Part shown: one piece after another, positions 50,314-60,565 of the stretch
Layout of the letters: each line of letters opens with the position of its first letter
How positions within the stretch are numbered: the stretch's first letter is position 1
Source of the DNA: Candidatus Eiseniibacteriota bacterium
GTDB lineage: Bacteria; Eisenbacteria; RBG-16-71-46
Assembly: GCA_963717505.1 (NCBI GenBank)
Contig: OY970342.1
Coordinates: 2,624,001 to 2,688,000 of the forward strand
DNA: 64,000 nucleotides
Direction of reading: 5' to 3'
Translations under genes and position numbers: made by a program
The notes under the pieces: generated by a model
What the model saw: the letters and a program-made list of their open reading frames with translations, nothing else
The model's database searches: none
Told to the model about the DNA's origin: nothing

Positions 50314-51299
50314 CTACCAGTAGGCCCCGAACCGAAAGACCACATCCACGGCGGGACCGTTCGGCAGGAGGTCCTGGGTCATTGCGAGGAAAACAGGTGT
50401 GACCGCTCGCAAAGTGGAAGAGAGTGCCCAGGTCCAGGCCGAACTCGTTTGCGTCGAGCTCCGGAATTCCGGAGTCACGATAGTAGGGCGTCGCGAGGAG
50501 GAAGTTCGCGTAGGCGTGCCAGGGTCCGAGGAGCCGGGCACGGGCTCCTTGGGTGAGGAGGCCGAACGTCGTCCGCTGCCACTCGCCCAAATCGCCATTT
50601 CGTGGGGTGTATCCCACTCCGAAAGTTCCCTCGTAAGCGAATCGGCCCTCGGCGCCAAACTCACGGTGGAAGGTGGTCGTGAGATTCGCGGACGGAACGC
50701 CCTTGCGATATCCGGCCGGCTCGGATCCGGTCGGAAGCGTGACCGTGAGAACGCTCTGCCAGTGGCGATGGTGGCGTAACCCAGCGCCGACCCTCAAGTC
50801 CCCGAAGAAGCCCACCGCCTCTTCGTACTCGAAGTCTCCGCCCTTGAAATCGATCTGATAGCCGAAGGAGTTCTCCGGTCGCTTCCTGCGTCCGAGGACG
50901 CTCACTCCAAAGACGTCGTGATATGCGTTCAGGAAGTCGTCGAGTCGGCCGTCGCTCGCGAGGTTCCAGCTCGCTCCGGCCAGCACGAAACCACTCGAAC
51001 CGATTCTTCGAGCGACGAGAGCGCGCGTGGAGAGGATCTCGGCGTCCAGGACGAAGTCCATCGAAGGTGTGGCCGTGTACTCCGCGAGGCTCCCATAGTC
51101 GGTGGTGACCTGGACGTGCCAGACCCTATCTGGGGACGAGCCAGGGAAGGGTCGTGAGACCGGAGCGCATCTCGACGACGGGATTGAGGGGAGAGAGAGG
51201 CGGGAGTCCCTGAGCGGCCAAGGGGCTTCCGGTCGCGAGGACCGCAAGTGAAGCGATCCCTGCGACCCAGCGCGACGTGGTGCTCGTGAGTAGGTGCAA
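50314..51299 (-). pseudogene. DUF3187-like outer-membrane protein with two frameshifts
   Basis: TTG at 51299 gives a signal peptide and AQGLPPLSPLNP in one frame, which stops near 51126. The body (GRLDDFLNAYHDVFG, GDLRVG, TLPTG) is in a second frame, and the tail (MTQDLLPNGPAVDVVFRFGAYW) in a third. Confidence 0.6.
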
Positions 51300-51320
51300 G
51301 TCGACCTTTCGGGTGGAGCG

Positions 51321-51803
51321 CTACTGGAACTGGGGCTCCGACAGAAATCGTTCGATCTGCCGTCGGTGGCGGAGCACGTGGACGATGGCATGCTCGAGCG
51401 ACTGTTCGAGATCGTAGATTGGCCCCCATGGCGTCTCGATTCTCACCGCCATGATCTGCTCGTCGGTCATTTCCCAATGGCCTTCCAGCGTTTCGTCCGT
51501 GAACGCGAGCATCGCCCGAAGCCCGTCGAGACTCTGCGCCCGGGACATGGGTAGCACCTCCGGCCGTGGAGTTGGAACCCCGAACGCGTTTCGAATCCTG
51601 GTCGCATACCCGTAGCCGGCATTGACCACGTGATGCATGACGGTCTGGATCGATCGGCAGGATTCGTCCTGCGTTTTCGGATCGCGCAATCGGACGAATG
51701 CCGCTTCGTCGATGCTTTCGATCACGCGCACCAGCTCCGCGGCCGCCCGCTCGTACTCGTCCATCATCGCGCCCACGCCACCCTTGCGGTATTTCTTGGT
51801 CAT
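51321..51803 (-). CDS. DinB/YfiT-family protein (copy 2)
   Basis: Near-identical to 49757..50260 in protein and DNA, including the upstream RBS region. Confidence 0.85.
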   Translation of the reverse strand: MTKKYRKGGVGAMMDEYERAAAELVRVIESIDEAAFVRLRDPKTQDESCRSIQTVMHHVVNAGYGYATRIRNAFGVPTPRPEVLPMSRAQSLDGLRAMLAFTDETLEGHWEMTDEQIMAVRIETPWGPIYDLEQSLEHAIVHVLRHRRQIERFLSEPQFQ

Positions 51804-51894
51804 GGTTTCGAGTCCTCCCTGAGGGAAGGTACCCTACCGGTTCTGGGAGGGACTTCGGTTGCGGGGCGACCCGCGTCGTGTTCGGAAAGGCTAC

Positions 51895-53430
51895 CTAGCG
51901 CGTCAGCACGAAGCTCCGTGCGTCGCGATCCGCGCCGGCACTGAGGCGCACGACGTAGGCGCCGGGTGGCAGACGCCGGCCCGATTCGCCGCGGCCATCC
52001 CACTCGACCTCGTGGCGTCCGGCGTCGAACACCCGGTCCACCGGGGTCGCCACGCGCCGCCCGGCGAGGTCGAGCACTTCGAGTCGGGCGGTGACCGAGC
52101 GGGCGCATTCGAACACGAATCGAATCGGGGCCGCTCCCGGATTGGGGCGGGGCGCCAGTAGTCGAACCTCACGCGCTCTCGGGGTCGAGAGTGGCACGTC
52201 GGTCACCGGGCAACCCACTCCAAGGGCTCCGATCAATCCACAGGGATCGGAGGGCGCGCACGGCGACCCCGGCTTCAGCGCGAGGTTGCGATGATCGGAA
52301 TCGCAGAACAGAGGATCTTCGGAGATGTTGCCGTCGATTCCCGTGAGATCGCCGCAGACGCCGCCGTAGTTCGAAGCCCCATTGCCCCATACGTCATTGC
52401 ATCGGACCTGAGCGAACACCTCGGTGCAGAAGATCCCCACTCCGCCGTTGCGCGCGACGATGTTGTTCTCGACGTGGAGCCCGCCGCCGAACGAGATCCC
52501 ACCGGCCTGGGGAGAGAGGATGCTGTTGAACGCGATGGTATTGCCGAGCACCTCCCCCGGACCGAATGCCTCGATCACGAATCCGCCAATGGCGTCGTTG
52601 TCGAAGAAGACGTTGCCGGCGATCGTGACCGCGTTCAGATAGGCATTGCTCTGGATGGCCGCAGCCCCATACGTGCCCCGGTTGCCTACGAACCGGCACT
52701 GTTCCACGAACAGGCCACCACCCCCCGAAATCGCACCGCCGTATCCGCCGCCATTGCCCTCGAACTCGCAATTCCGAACACTGACCCGAACGTCTTCTTC
52801 CGCGGCGATGGCGCCTCCAGATCCGCCCTCGAATCCCGCGGCCACATTGCCGTCGAATCGGCACTTGACCGCAGTCAGCGTTCCGGTTGCGGCCACGTAC
52901 ACCGCGCCGCCAGAGCAAAAATCGAAGGTGCCGCTGGTCGCGGAATTCTGCGCGAAGGTGCTGCTCTCGATCGTGGCGCTGCACAGCGGGTCGACGCGTA
53001 GCGCCCCACCGGAGCTGGAACCGGAATCGACGCGTGCCACGTTGTTGAAGAACCGGCAGCTGCGGATGGTGACTCCGGCGCCATCGCGAAGGTAGAGGGC
53101 GGCCCCGGTGGTCGCCCGCCCCGACCGAAACACCAGCCTCTCGAGCACGGTGGCCGACGTCACCCCGGCGCCGATTTCGAGGATGCGCGCGTTCGACGTG
53201 AGCACGGCAGCGTAGTTCTCACCCCGGATCGTGACATCCTTGCCGGCGAGGCTCAGCGATTCGTTGTAGGTGCCGTCGCGGATCAGGATCTCATCTCCGC
53301 TCGCCGCGGCCGTGATGGCGCCCTGGACGGTCGGATAGTCGTCAGGGACGACGAGCGTCGCGGCCGAGGCGCCGCGCACACAGACGAACACGAGTGACAA
53401 GATGGCCGAACGCAGGAGGATCGAGGTCAT
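51895..53430 (-). CDS. Secreted right-handed beta-helix (pectin-lyase/Pmp-like) protein with FlgD-Ig/T9SS-like CTD
   Basis: VPDDYPTVQGAI, repeated GGAI/FxxN, NISEDPLFC…SPC, PNP…DLAGRRV…WDG…PGAY. Confidence 0.88.
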   Translation of the reverse strand: MTSILLRSAILSLVFVCVRGASAATLVVPDDYPTVQGAITAAASGDEILIRDGTYNESLSLAGKDVTIRGENYAAVLTSNARILEIGAGVTSATVLERLVFRSGRATTGAALYLRDGAGVTIRSCRFFNNVARVDSGSSSGGALRVDPLCSATIESSTFAQNSATSGTFDFCSGGAVYVAATGTLTAVKCRFDGNVAAGFEGGSGGAIAAEEDVRVSVRNCEFEGNGGGYGGAISGGGGLFVEQCRFVGNRGTYGAAAIQSNAYLNAVTIAGNVFFDNDAIGGFVIEAFGPGEVLGNTIAFNSILSPQAGGISFGGGLHVENNIVARNGGVGIFCTEVFAQVRCNDVWGNGASNYGGVCGDLTGIDGNISEDPLFCDSDHRNLALKPGSPCAPSDPCGLIGALGVGCPVTDVPLSTPRAREVRLLAPRPNPGAAPIRFVFECARSVTARLEVLDLAGRRVATPVDRVFDAGRHEVEWDGRGESGRRLPPGAYVVRLSAGADRDARSFVLTR

Positions 53431-53574
53431 GGCGGTGCCCCTCGGGAGGTTTCGGCGACGGGATAACTATGATCCGGCGGTACCGAAGGAGCAAGACAAT
53501 TTGAGGTCGGTCTCGACGACGGTTTCGCGTCGGGCGGGAGGCGGTCACTGGGCGCCAGGGAGGCGCGGCGTCGG

Positions 53575-54060
53575 CTAGGGTGCCAGGATCTCGACAGCCA
53601 CCGGCGCCGAAGTGTGAACGTCGGCGCTCTCGGTGAAACCGCCCAGCACGTGATACTCGCCGGGCGGCAGGGGTTCCCCGGCACGAGAGGTTCCATCCCA
53701 CGAGAACCGACTCGTGCCGCTCTCGCCCGCAGCGAAGACAATGGTCCGGGCCTCTGCGGTGCACAACATGGCGTACGGGGCGACGACCGCGTCGTTCCCA
53801 TCTCGGACGACGTACGAGGCAATGCACCCCGAAGCGAAGTGCATCCGGATCGGACGATTCGTCGGGTTCTTGAAGCCGACCTCGACCTGCACGGTCTCGC
53901 CGGCTTGGAATCGGGCGGGCGTGACGATCACCCAGGTGATCATCGCCGCCGGATCCGCGAACCCCGAAGGGGCAACGATGACGCTGAACTGTCCGCCGCA
54001 ACCCGTGAGGAGCACGGGGATCAGTAGGGCGGCCACGCCAATCCGATGAAGGGACTTCAT
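53575..54060 (-). CDS. Lipoprotein with BsuPI-like (proteinase inhibitor) Ig domain
   Basis: Lipobox LTGC, NPTNRPIRMHFASGC…LCT…FSWDG…LPPGEY. Confidence 0.6.
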   Translation of the reverse strand: MKSLHRIGVAALLIPVLLTGCGGQFSVIVAPSGFADPAAMITWVIVTPARFQAGETVQVEVGFKNPTNRPIRMHFASGCIASYVVRDGNDAVVAPYAMLCTAEARTIVFAAGESGTSRFSWDGTSRAGEPLPPGEYHVLGGFTESADVHTSAPVAVEILAP

Positions 54061-54313
54061 ACGGCATCAATCGTACTACCCGCGTCCGTGGGGCCCGAGC
54101 GAAACCTGATACCGTCGGTTCTTGACCCGGTGCCTGTAGCCTCCCTAGACTCCGCCGGCGGTTGTCGGGACCACCTAACCTCAACTTCGGACAGGAGTTC
54201 GGCCCCCCGAACGCCGATAACCGTGACTCCGCTCGGCGGATCCCGCGCCGCCGGATGCGGTCCCGATGCGCTACCGTGACGTCGAGCCTTCCGGCGATCC
54301 CCGGACGGGCCGG

Positions 54314-56905
54314 ATGGAACGAATGGGCCTTCAGAGAGCCAGACGAATACTGTTCCTGACCCTCGGGTACGCCGCCGTGGTCCAGGTGGCCTACCTCGGG
54401 GCGTTGCTCGTTCGCTTCGAAGGCGCAATCCCGCCCCAATACCTGCGCGGCTATGCCCAGATCGCGCCGGTGTTCACCGCGCTGTCGCTACTGGGATTCC
54501 TGCTCTCCGGCCTCTATCACGGGGTCTGGCGCTACGCGAGCACGGTCACGGCGTTCCAGGTGTTCAAGGGTGTCACGCTGTCGGCGGCGGCACTGGCGCT
54601 GATCATGTTCTTCACGCCGATCCTGCTGTTCCCGCGCAGCGTGATCGTGTTGGTCTGGCTGTGGGAGCTGGTTCTGCTCGGCGGCCTGCGCTTCGCGTGG
54701 CGGATTTCGAGCGAGCGCCTGCTCGAGCCCGAGCCGCGGCGCTACGTGCGCGTGCTCGTGGTCGGCGCCGACCATGCCGGGGTTCATCTGATCCAGGAGA
54801 TGCGACGCGGCGGCGAGGCGGGCGAGCGGCTGCGACCGATCGGGTTCGTCGACAACGACGCACGGCTGTCCGGCAGCACGATCGAAGGCGTCAAAGTGGT
54901 CGGAGCGATTGGCGACTTGCCTCGGCTCATCCCCGAGAAGCGCATCGAGATGGTGGTCATCTCCGATTCCGGCATACCCGGCCGGGTGGTGCGCGAGATC
55001 GCGAGTTACTGCGCCGAGGCCAACGTCGTGGTCAAGACGGTGCCGGCCTACTCGAGCCTCCAGCACGGCAAGAGCGCGTTGTCGCAGATCCGCGACGTGC
55101 GCATCGAGGACCTGCTGGGACGTGAGCCGGTCCATCTCGACCTGAACGAGGTCGGCCAGTTCCTGCGTGGCCAGCGCATTCTGGTCACCGGCGCCGGAGG
55201 ATCGATCGGGGCCGAGCTGGCCCGCCAGTCCGCCGCGGAGGAGCCCGCGGAGCTGGTGTTGCTCGACCACTCGGAGAACGGCCTCTACTACGTTCAGAAC
55301 GAGATCGCCGCACTGCACCCGGCCGTGCCGCTGCACGCCGTGGTCGCCGACATTCGCGACGCCGACGGCATGCGCCTCGCCTTCGAGCGCTATCGGCCGA
55401 CCGTGGTGTTCCACGCCGCCGCGCACAAGCACGTGCCGCTGCTCGAAGCCGCGCCGCGCGAAGCGGTGTTCAACAACGTGGTCGGCACGCGCAATCTGGT
55501 CGAGGCGGCCGAACGCGCCGGGGTCGGTAAGTTCGTGTTCATCTCGACCGACAAGGCAGTCAATCCGAGCAGCGTCATGGGGGCCTCGAAGCGGGTCGGC
55601 GAGATGATCCTGCAGGCACGCTCGCAACGCAGCAAGACGCGCTTCATGGCCGTGCGCTTCGGCAACGTCCTCGGCAGCGAAGGCTCGGTGGTCCCGCTGT
55701 TCCAGCGTCAGATCCAGCGCGGCGGTCCGATCACCGTGACCCATCCCGAGACCCGGCGCTACTTCATGACCATCCCCGAAGCGGTGCGCCTGGTGATCCA
55801 GGCCGGCGCGATCGGCAAGGGCGGCGAGGTCATGTTGCTCGACATGGGCGAGCAGGTGCGGATCGTGGACCTGGCGCGCCAGCTGATCCGCATGTCGGGC
55901 CTGCGCGAGGGGCACGACATCGAGATCGTGTTCACCGGCCTGCGCCCCGGCGAGAAGCTCTACGAAGAGCTGCACTCCGACGAAGAGCGCATGCGCATGA
56001 CGAGGCACCAGCGAATCCTGGCCTGGGATCTGGACGCGCGCGACGAGATCGTCCTTCGCCGCGAGCTCGACGACCTCGAGCGGGTCGCACGCAACGGCGA
56101 TTCCGCGGCGATCAAGGAAGCGCTCCACCGCATCGTTCCCGAGTACGTCGAGCGCGTCCACGATCCGCGCGAAGCCGTGCCCGCCACGCCGGTGGTGTCC
56201 CTGCCGGTCGCGGCCGCTTCGACGGTGGCCGGCGCGGAGCCGCCGCGTTGGAACAGTCTGCGCACGCTGATCGAGGGTGGCCTCGCGCTGGTTCTGATTG
56301 TGGTCTCGGTGCCTCTTTGGGGTTTGTTGTGGCTCGAGGCGCAGCGCGCGCAGCGGGGATCGTTCCTGGTGCACGAGCAACGCGTGGGCCGCACCCGGCG
56401 TGGTGCCGCGCGGCTCGAGGGCGGGTCGGGGGCGCCGGACGGAGTCGAGCGACGCTCCCGCGACCGGATGGGGGAGAGTCTGCACTGCATGCGCTTCCGC
56501 GATGACCTGGGCCGCATCAGCCGCTGGGTCTGGCGGCGGCGACTCGACCGTCTGCCGTTCCTGCTCAACGTGATTCGCGGCGAGATGGCGCTGGTCGGTC
56601 CCAACCCCGAAACCGAATCGGTCGTCGAGCGTTGGCTGTCGTTCCCCGACTACCCGCGCCGGTTCCGGGTGCTGCCCGGCGTCACCGGGCTCGCGCAGGT
56701 GTCGGGTTGCGGCGCCGACGACGACGAGAGCGTGAAGCGCCGCATTCAGTACGACCTCCACTACGTGGATCATCAGTCGTTGCTGCTCGATGTGCGTACG
56801 ATGTTCCGCACGATCGGCGTGCTCGCCGGGGCCCCGCGGCGCGAACCCGACTCGGGCCATGCGGTGGTGGAGTCGCCGGCGGCGCTCAAAGGAGTGACGC
56901 AGTGA
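54314..56905 (+). CDS. CapD/PglF-type nucleotide-sugar 4,6-dehydratase fused to a C-terminal bacterial sugar transferase (PglC/WcaJ-like) domain
   Basis: 4 TM helices, CoA-binding-like domain, IEDLLGR, VTGAGGSIG, HAAAHKHVP, STDKAVNP, VRFGNVLGS, RPGEKLYEEL. Then a TM helix, NVIRGEMALVGP, PGVTGLAQV and YDLHY. Start uncertain. Confidence 0.9.
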   Translation: MERMGLQRARRILFLTLGYAAVVQVAYLGALLVRFEGAIPPQYLRGYAQIAPVFTALSLLGFLLSGLYHGVWRYASTVTAFQVFKGVTLSAAALALIMFFTPILLFPRSVIVLVWLWELVLLGGLRFAWRISSERLLEPEPRRYVRVLVVGADHAGVHLIQEMRRGGEAGERLRPIGFVDNDARLSGSTIEGVKVVGAIGDLPRLIPEKRIEMVVISDSGIPGRVVREIASYCAEANVVVKTVPAYSSLQHGKSALSQIRDVRIEDLLGREPVHLDLNEVGQFLRGQRILVTGAGGSIGAELARQSAAEEPAELVLLDHSENGLYYVQNEIAALHPAVPLHAVVADIRDADGMRLAFERYRPTVVFHAAAHKHVPLLEAAPREAVFNNVVGTRNLVEAAERAGVGKFVFISTDKAVNPSSVMGASKRVGEMILQARSQRSKTRFMAVRFGNVLGSEGSVVPLFQRQIQRGGPITVTHPETRRYFMTIPEAVRLVIQAGAIGKGGEVMLLDMGEQVRIVDLARQLIRMSGLREGHDIEIVFTGLRPGEKLYEELHSDEERMRMTRHQRILAWDLDARDEIVLRRELDDLERVARNGDSAAIKEALHRIVPEYVERVHDPREAVPATPVVSLPVAAASTVAGAEPPRWNSLRTLIEGGLALVLIVVSVPLWGLLWLEAQRAQRGSFLVHEQRVGRTRRGAARLEGGSGAPDGVERRSRDRMGESLHCMRFRDDLGRISRWVWRRRLDRLPFLLNVIRGEMALVGPNPETESVVERWLSFPDYPRRFRVLPGVTGLAQVSGCGADDDESVKRRIQYDLHYVDHQSLLLDVRTMFRTIGVLAGAPRREPDSGHAVVESPAALKGVTQ

Positions 56906-56954
56906 CCCCGCGTTCCTCGAGTCCGACCTCGGCGTCGCGTCCGAAGCGATAGGC

Positions 56955-59186
56955 ATGGACGACACCCAGGAAACCAGCCGAGTCGATCTGCAGCAGATGC
57001 TGCGCATCCTGTGGCGCAGGCGGTTGCTGTTGTTCGTGCCATGGATCTCGGCGCTGGCGATCGGGGCCGCGGCCGCGTTTCTGCTCCGCCCGGTCTACAT
57101 CAGCACCTCGACGCTGATTCACGAGCGACCACAAGCACTCGCCGGCCGCGCCGGCGATCCGTCGCTGCGCGCCAGTTCCGAGCAAGAAGCCGAGATCATG
57201 CGCGAGCTGGTCGCGAGCACGCCGTTTCTCACTTCGGTGGTCATGGAGAGCGGACTCGAGTCGGACCCGGAGATTCGTGACTGGGCCTCGGCGCTCGCCG
57301 ATCCCAGTTCGAGCGATGAAGAGGCCGCGCGCATCCGCACGTTCCTGGTCAACCACCTGCGGACGCGAGTCGGCGTGCGCCGCGGGCGTGGCGGCGTGTT
57401 CCACGTGTCCGCCGAGGAATCGACTCCCAAGCGCGCGCAGTGGATGGCGCGGTCGGTGGCGGATCAGCTGGTGAAGACGTCGAAACAGGCTCAGCTCGAA
57501 GCGGTCCGCGCCACTCAGGAATTCAGCACCGAGCAGCTCCGGACCTACAAGGATCAGCTCGAGGACAGCGAGCGGCGATTGGAGTCCTTCCGGCGCCGGT
57601 CGCAACCGCGGGGTCCCACGAACGCCACGATCACGCCGGCGACGCTGCCTCGCGCCCGGCTGCTGCTGGAACAGGCGCGGCAGGAGGTCGCGGAGGAAGA
57701 GCAACGCCTCCAGGCGCGCCGCCAGGGGATCGAAGCCCTGGCCGACGCCCCGGACCCCGACGTGCTGTCGACCGCCGAAACCCGCCTGCTCACCGATCAG
57801 CTCGCGGGCCTCGAGCGGCAGCTGGCGACCTCGCTGCTGAGCGGCGGCGAGACCGGCAGCGACGTCGGCGTGCGCCTGTCGATCGCGCGCAAGATCGCCG
57901 AGCTGGAAACCGAGCTGCAACGCGCCGCGGCCGCAGCACTCCCCGCGGCCGGCCCGGAACTGCGCGACCCGATCGTTCGGTACCGGGTGGCCGACGCCGA
58001 AGTACGGGCCAAGCAGGCGCGCCGCGATTACCTGACCGACGAGCTTCGACAATATGAAGCGGGTGCGGTGTCGCCGAGCCCGGATCGCGAACTCGAACTG
58101 TCGCGGCTGAGCCGCGAGGTCGAGGCCAATCGGGCGCTCTACAACTCGTTCCTGCAGCAGATCGCGGCGGCTCAGATCAGCGAGGCGTTCGAGACCGCCA
58201 AGGTCAGCGGGTCGTTCAACGTGCTCGAGGCCGCGAACCTGCCGTCCGCCCCCGGCAAGCCCAACCGGCCGCTGATTCTGATCCTGGCGTTCGCAATCGG
58301 CGGGCTGATCGGAATCGGTTCGGTGATGGTGGCCGAGCAGCAGGACCAATCGGTGAAGAACGCGGAAGAGATCGAGCGCCGGCTCGGATTGCCGGTGATT
58401 GGTGCGGTGCCGCGAGCGGCCGAGCTGGTCTCGGCACGGCGCGTGCCCAAGGGGCAGTCTCCGGGTCCGGCGCCGGTCGCGGTCTCGGAGGGTCTGCTGC
58501 AGAGGCTCAAGACGGAGAGCGTGCTCGGCCTCGAGTTCAAGCGCATCTACCTCAAGCTGGCTCGGGGCCGCGGCCGCAACCTGCCGCGCACCCTGCTGGT
58601 GACCAGCGCAACCCGCGCCGAAGGCAAGACGACGACCACAGCGTGTCTCGCGATCACACTGGCGCGCGAGCTACGCGAGAAGTTGCTGCTGGTGGACTTC
58701 GACCTGCGCCGTCCCGCGCTCCATCGTGCACTCGGGCTGCCGACCAGCAGCTGGGGTCTGGCGCAGATGCTCCAGCAACGGACGTTCGATGAGCGATTCG
58801 TGCGCTCCACCGTGTTGCCGACCCTCGATTTCCTGCCCGCTGGTCGCAGCGAGAAGAGCGCGGCGGATCTGATCGACGACTCGAATGTGGAGTGGTTCCT
58901 GCGCGAGGCCGGGACGCGATACTCGTACGTCCTCATGGACTCGGCGCCGAATCTTGCGGTTCCCGACCCGCTGATCCTGGGCCGGGCGGTTCAGGGTGTG
59001 CTCTACGTGATCAAGGCTGGGAGCACGATCCGCAAAGCCGCCGAATACGGAGTGCGCGTGCAACGGGAGGCCTGCGACAACGTCGTCGGCGTGCTGATGA
59101 ACGATCTGGGCGAGATCCTGCCGCACTATTACGGCTACCACGAGGCCTACGGCCAGGAAGACGACGAAGAGGCCTCGTACTCGTAG
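56955..59186 (+). CDS. wzc: Wzc-type polysaccharide co-polymerase / BY-kinase
   Basis: Wzz N-terminus, coiled coil, second TM after PGKPNR, Walker A TSATRAEGKTT, LVDFDLRRP, C-terminal Tyr cluster HYYGYHEAY. Confidence 0.88.
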   Translation: MDDTQETSRVDLQQMLRILWRRRLLLFVPWISALAIGAAAAFLLRPVYISTSTLIHERPQALAGRAGDPSLRASSEQEAEIMRELVASTPFLTSVVMESGLESDPEIRDWASALADPSSSDEEAARIRTFLVNHLRTRVGVRRGRGGVFHVSAEESTPKRAQWMARSVADQLVKTSKQAQLEAVRATQEFSTEQLRTYKDQLEDSERRLESFRRRSQPRGPTNATITPATLPRARLLLEQARQEVAEEEQRLQARRQGIEALADAPDPDVLSTAETRLLTDQLAGLERQLATSLLSGGETGSDVGVRLSIARKIAELETELQRAAAAALPAAGPELRDPIVRYRVADAEVRAKQARRDYLTDELRQYEAGAVSPSPDRELELSRLSREVEANRALYNSFLQQIAAAQISEAFETAKVSGSFNVLEAANLPSAPGKPNRPLILILAFAIGGLIGIGSVMVAEQQDQSVKNAEEIERRLGLPVIGAVPRAAELVSARRVPKGQSPGPAPVAVSEGLLQRLKTESVLGLEFKRIYLKLARGRGRNLPRTLLVTSATRAEGKTTTTACLAITLARELREKLLLVDFDLRRPALHRALGLPTSSWGLAQMLQQRTFDERFVRSTVLPTLDFLPAGRSEKSAADLIDDSNVEWFLREAGTRYSYVLMDSAPNLAVPDPLILGRAVQGVLYVIKAGSTIRKAAEYGVRVQREACDNVVGVLMNDLGEILPHYYGYHEAYGQEDDEEASYS

Positions 59187-59365
59187 CGCCTCTCGCCGCG
59201 ACGCGGCGCTCCGCCCGCCTCATCCCGCTCGCGCCCCGGGCGCCACGGCGCTCACCTCGATCGCGCTTCCTGCCGATAGAACCGGAGGGGTCGTCTCCGG
59301 TCCCCAGACCGGGGCGGCCGCCGCTTTTTTCTCGGCGCCGACGGGAACTCGCATCGAGGGGCGCA

Positions 59366-60565
59366 ATGGGACCAGAGCAGCAGATCGACTCGACGAATGG
59401 CGCGATGCGCGTGATGCACGTGATCGAAGCCATGGGCCAGGGCGGAGCCGAAGCCATGATCGTCGAGCATGTGCGCCATGCGGGGCCCGGCGTCGAGTCG
59501 GTGGTGGTGGCCTTGCGCCGCGGGGGCGCAGCGCTCGACGCCGCGATCGCCGCCGGCGCTGCCGGCGTCGTGCTCGGCCGACCTGCCGGGCCCGCCGGAC
59601 GTCTGACCGCGATCGCGGGCCTCGTGCGCCTGGTGCGCGAGCGTGGGATTTCGATCATCAACGGCCATAACCCGACCGGCGCCCTGTCGGCGACGCTCGC
59701 GGCAGTGCGCACCGGAGTCCCGGTGGTGCGGACCGAACACGGATGCCACTTCGCGGGGCGGCATTCGCCGCCCTACCCGGTGCTCGAGGCCCTGGCCACC
59801 ATGGCGACGAGCCGCATCATTTGCACCTGCGATGCCGTGCGTGCCAGCCACGCGCCGCGATTTGGCTGGGCCAGCCGGCGTTTCGTCACGATCGCCAACG
59901 GGATTTCGAATGTGGGCGCGGTCCGGCCACGCGCGTTGGTCCGGAACGAGCTGGGACTGCTCGAGTCGGAACGAATGATCCTCGCGGTCGGAACCATGAC
60001 CCGGCCCAAAGCGCACACGGTCCTGGTCGAAGCCTTCCTGCGGGTGGCGCGACGCATGAGTGCCGCGCGGCTCGCGATCGTCGGCGAGGGCCCGCTCCGC
60101 CGCGCGCTCGAACATCACCTGGCCGACGCCGGGATCGCCGATCGCGTGCGCCTGCTCGGCGGGCGCGCGGACATTCCCGATCTGATCGGCGCCGCGGACG
60201 CGTTCGTGACCACCTCGGTGCGCGATGGCCTGTCGATCGCGCTGCTCGAGGCGATGCGCGGGGGCTGCCCGGTGGTGGCTTCGAACGCCGGCGGCAACGC
60301 CGAGGCGGTAGTCGACGGGGCTTCCGGCTGGCTGGTCGAGCCGCGCAACCCGGGTCAGACGGCGGAAGCGCTGCTCGAGCTGCTGGAGGATTCGGTCCGC
60401 GCCGCGGCGTTCGCCCGCGAGGGGCGGCGCCGCTGGAGCGAGCGATTCACCGCCGAGCGCATGGTGTCCGAGACCGAAGCGCTGTACCGCGCTGTCTTGC
60501 GTCGCCGGGGCGCGCGTGTGACCCAGGCGCCGGCGCGGGCTCCGTTGCGGGAACGCGCGTCGTGA
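59366..60565 (+). CDS. Glycosyltransferase family 4
   Basis: GGAE, RTEHG, IANGI, IVGEG, DGLSIALLEAM, GGNAEAV. Start may be 59405. Confidence 0.9.
   Translation: MGPEQQIDSTNGAMRVMHVIEAMGQGGAEAMIVEHVRHAGPGVESVVVALRRGGAALDAAIAAGAAGVVLGRPAGPAGRLTAIAGLVRLVRERGISIINGHNPTGALSATLAAVRTGVPVVRTEHGCHFAGRHSPPYPVLEALATMATSRIICTCDAVRASHAPRFGWASRRFVTIANGISNVGAVRPRALVRNELGLLESERMILAVGTMTRPKAHTVLVEAFLRVARRMSAARLAIVGEGPLRRALEHHLADAGIADRVRLLGGRADIPDLIGAADAFVTTSVRDGLSIALLEAMRGGCPVVASNAGGNAEAVVDGASGWLVEPRNPGQTAEALLELLEDSVRAAAFAREGRRRWSERFTAERMVSETEALYRAVLRRRGARVTQAPARAPLRERAS

Noticed and set aside
51317-51324. AGCGCTAC at the end of DinB copy 2 as another tRNA remnant
   Set aside because: An 8-bp match is expected by chance in GC-rich DNA, and there is no upstream T-arm similarity.
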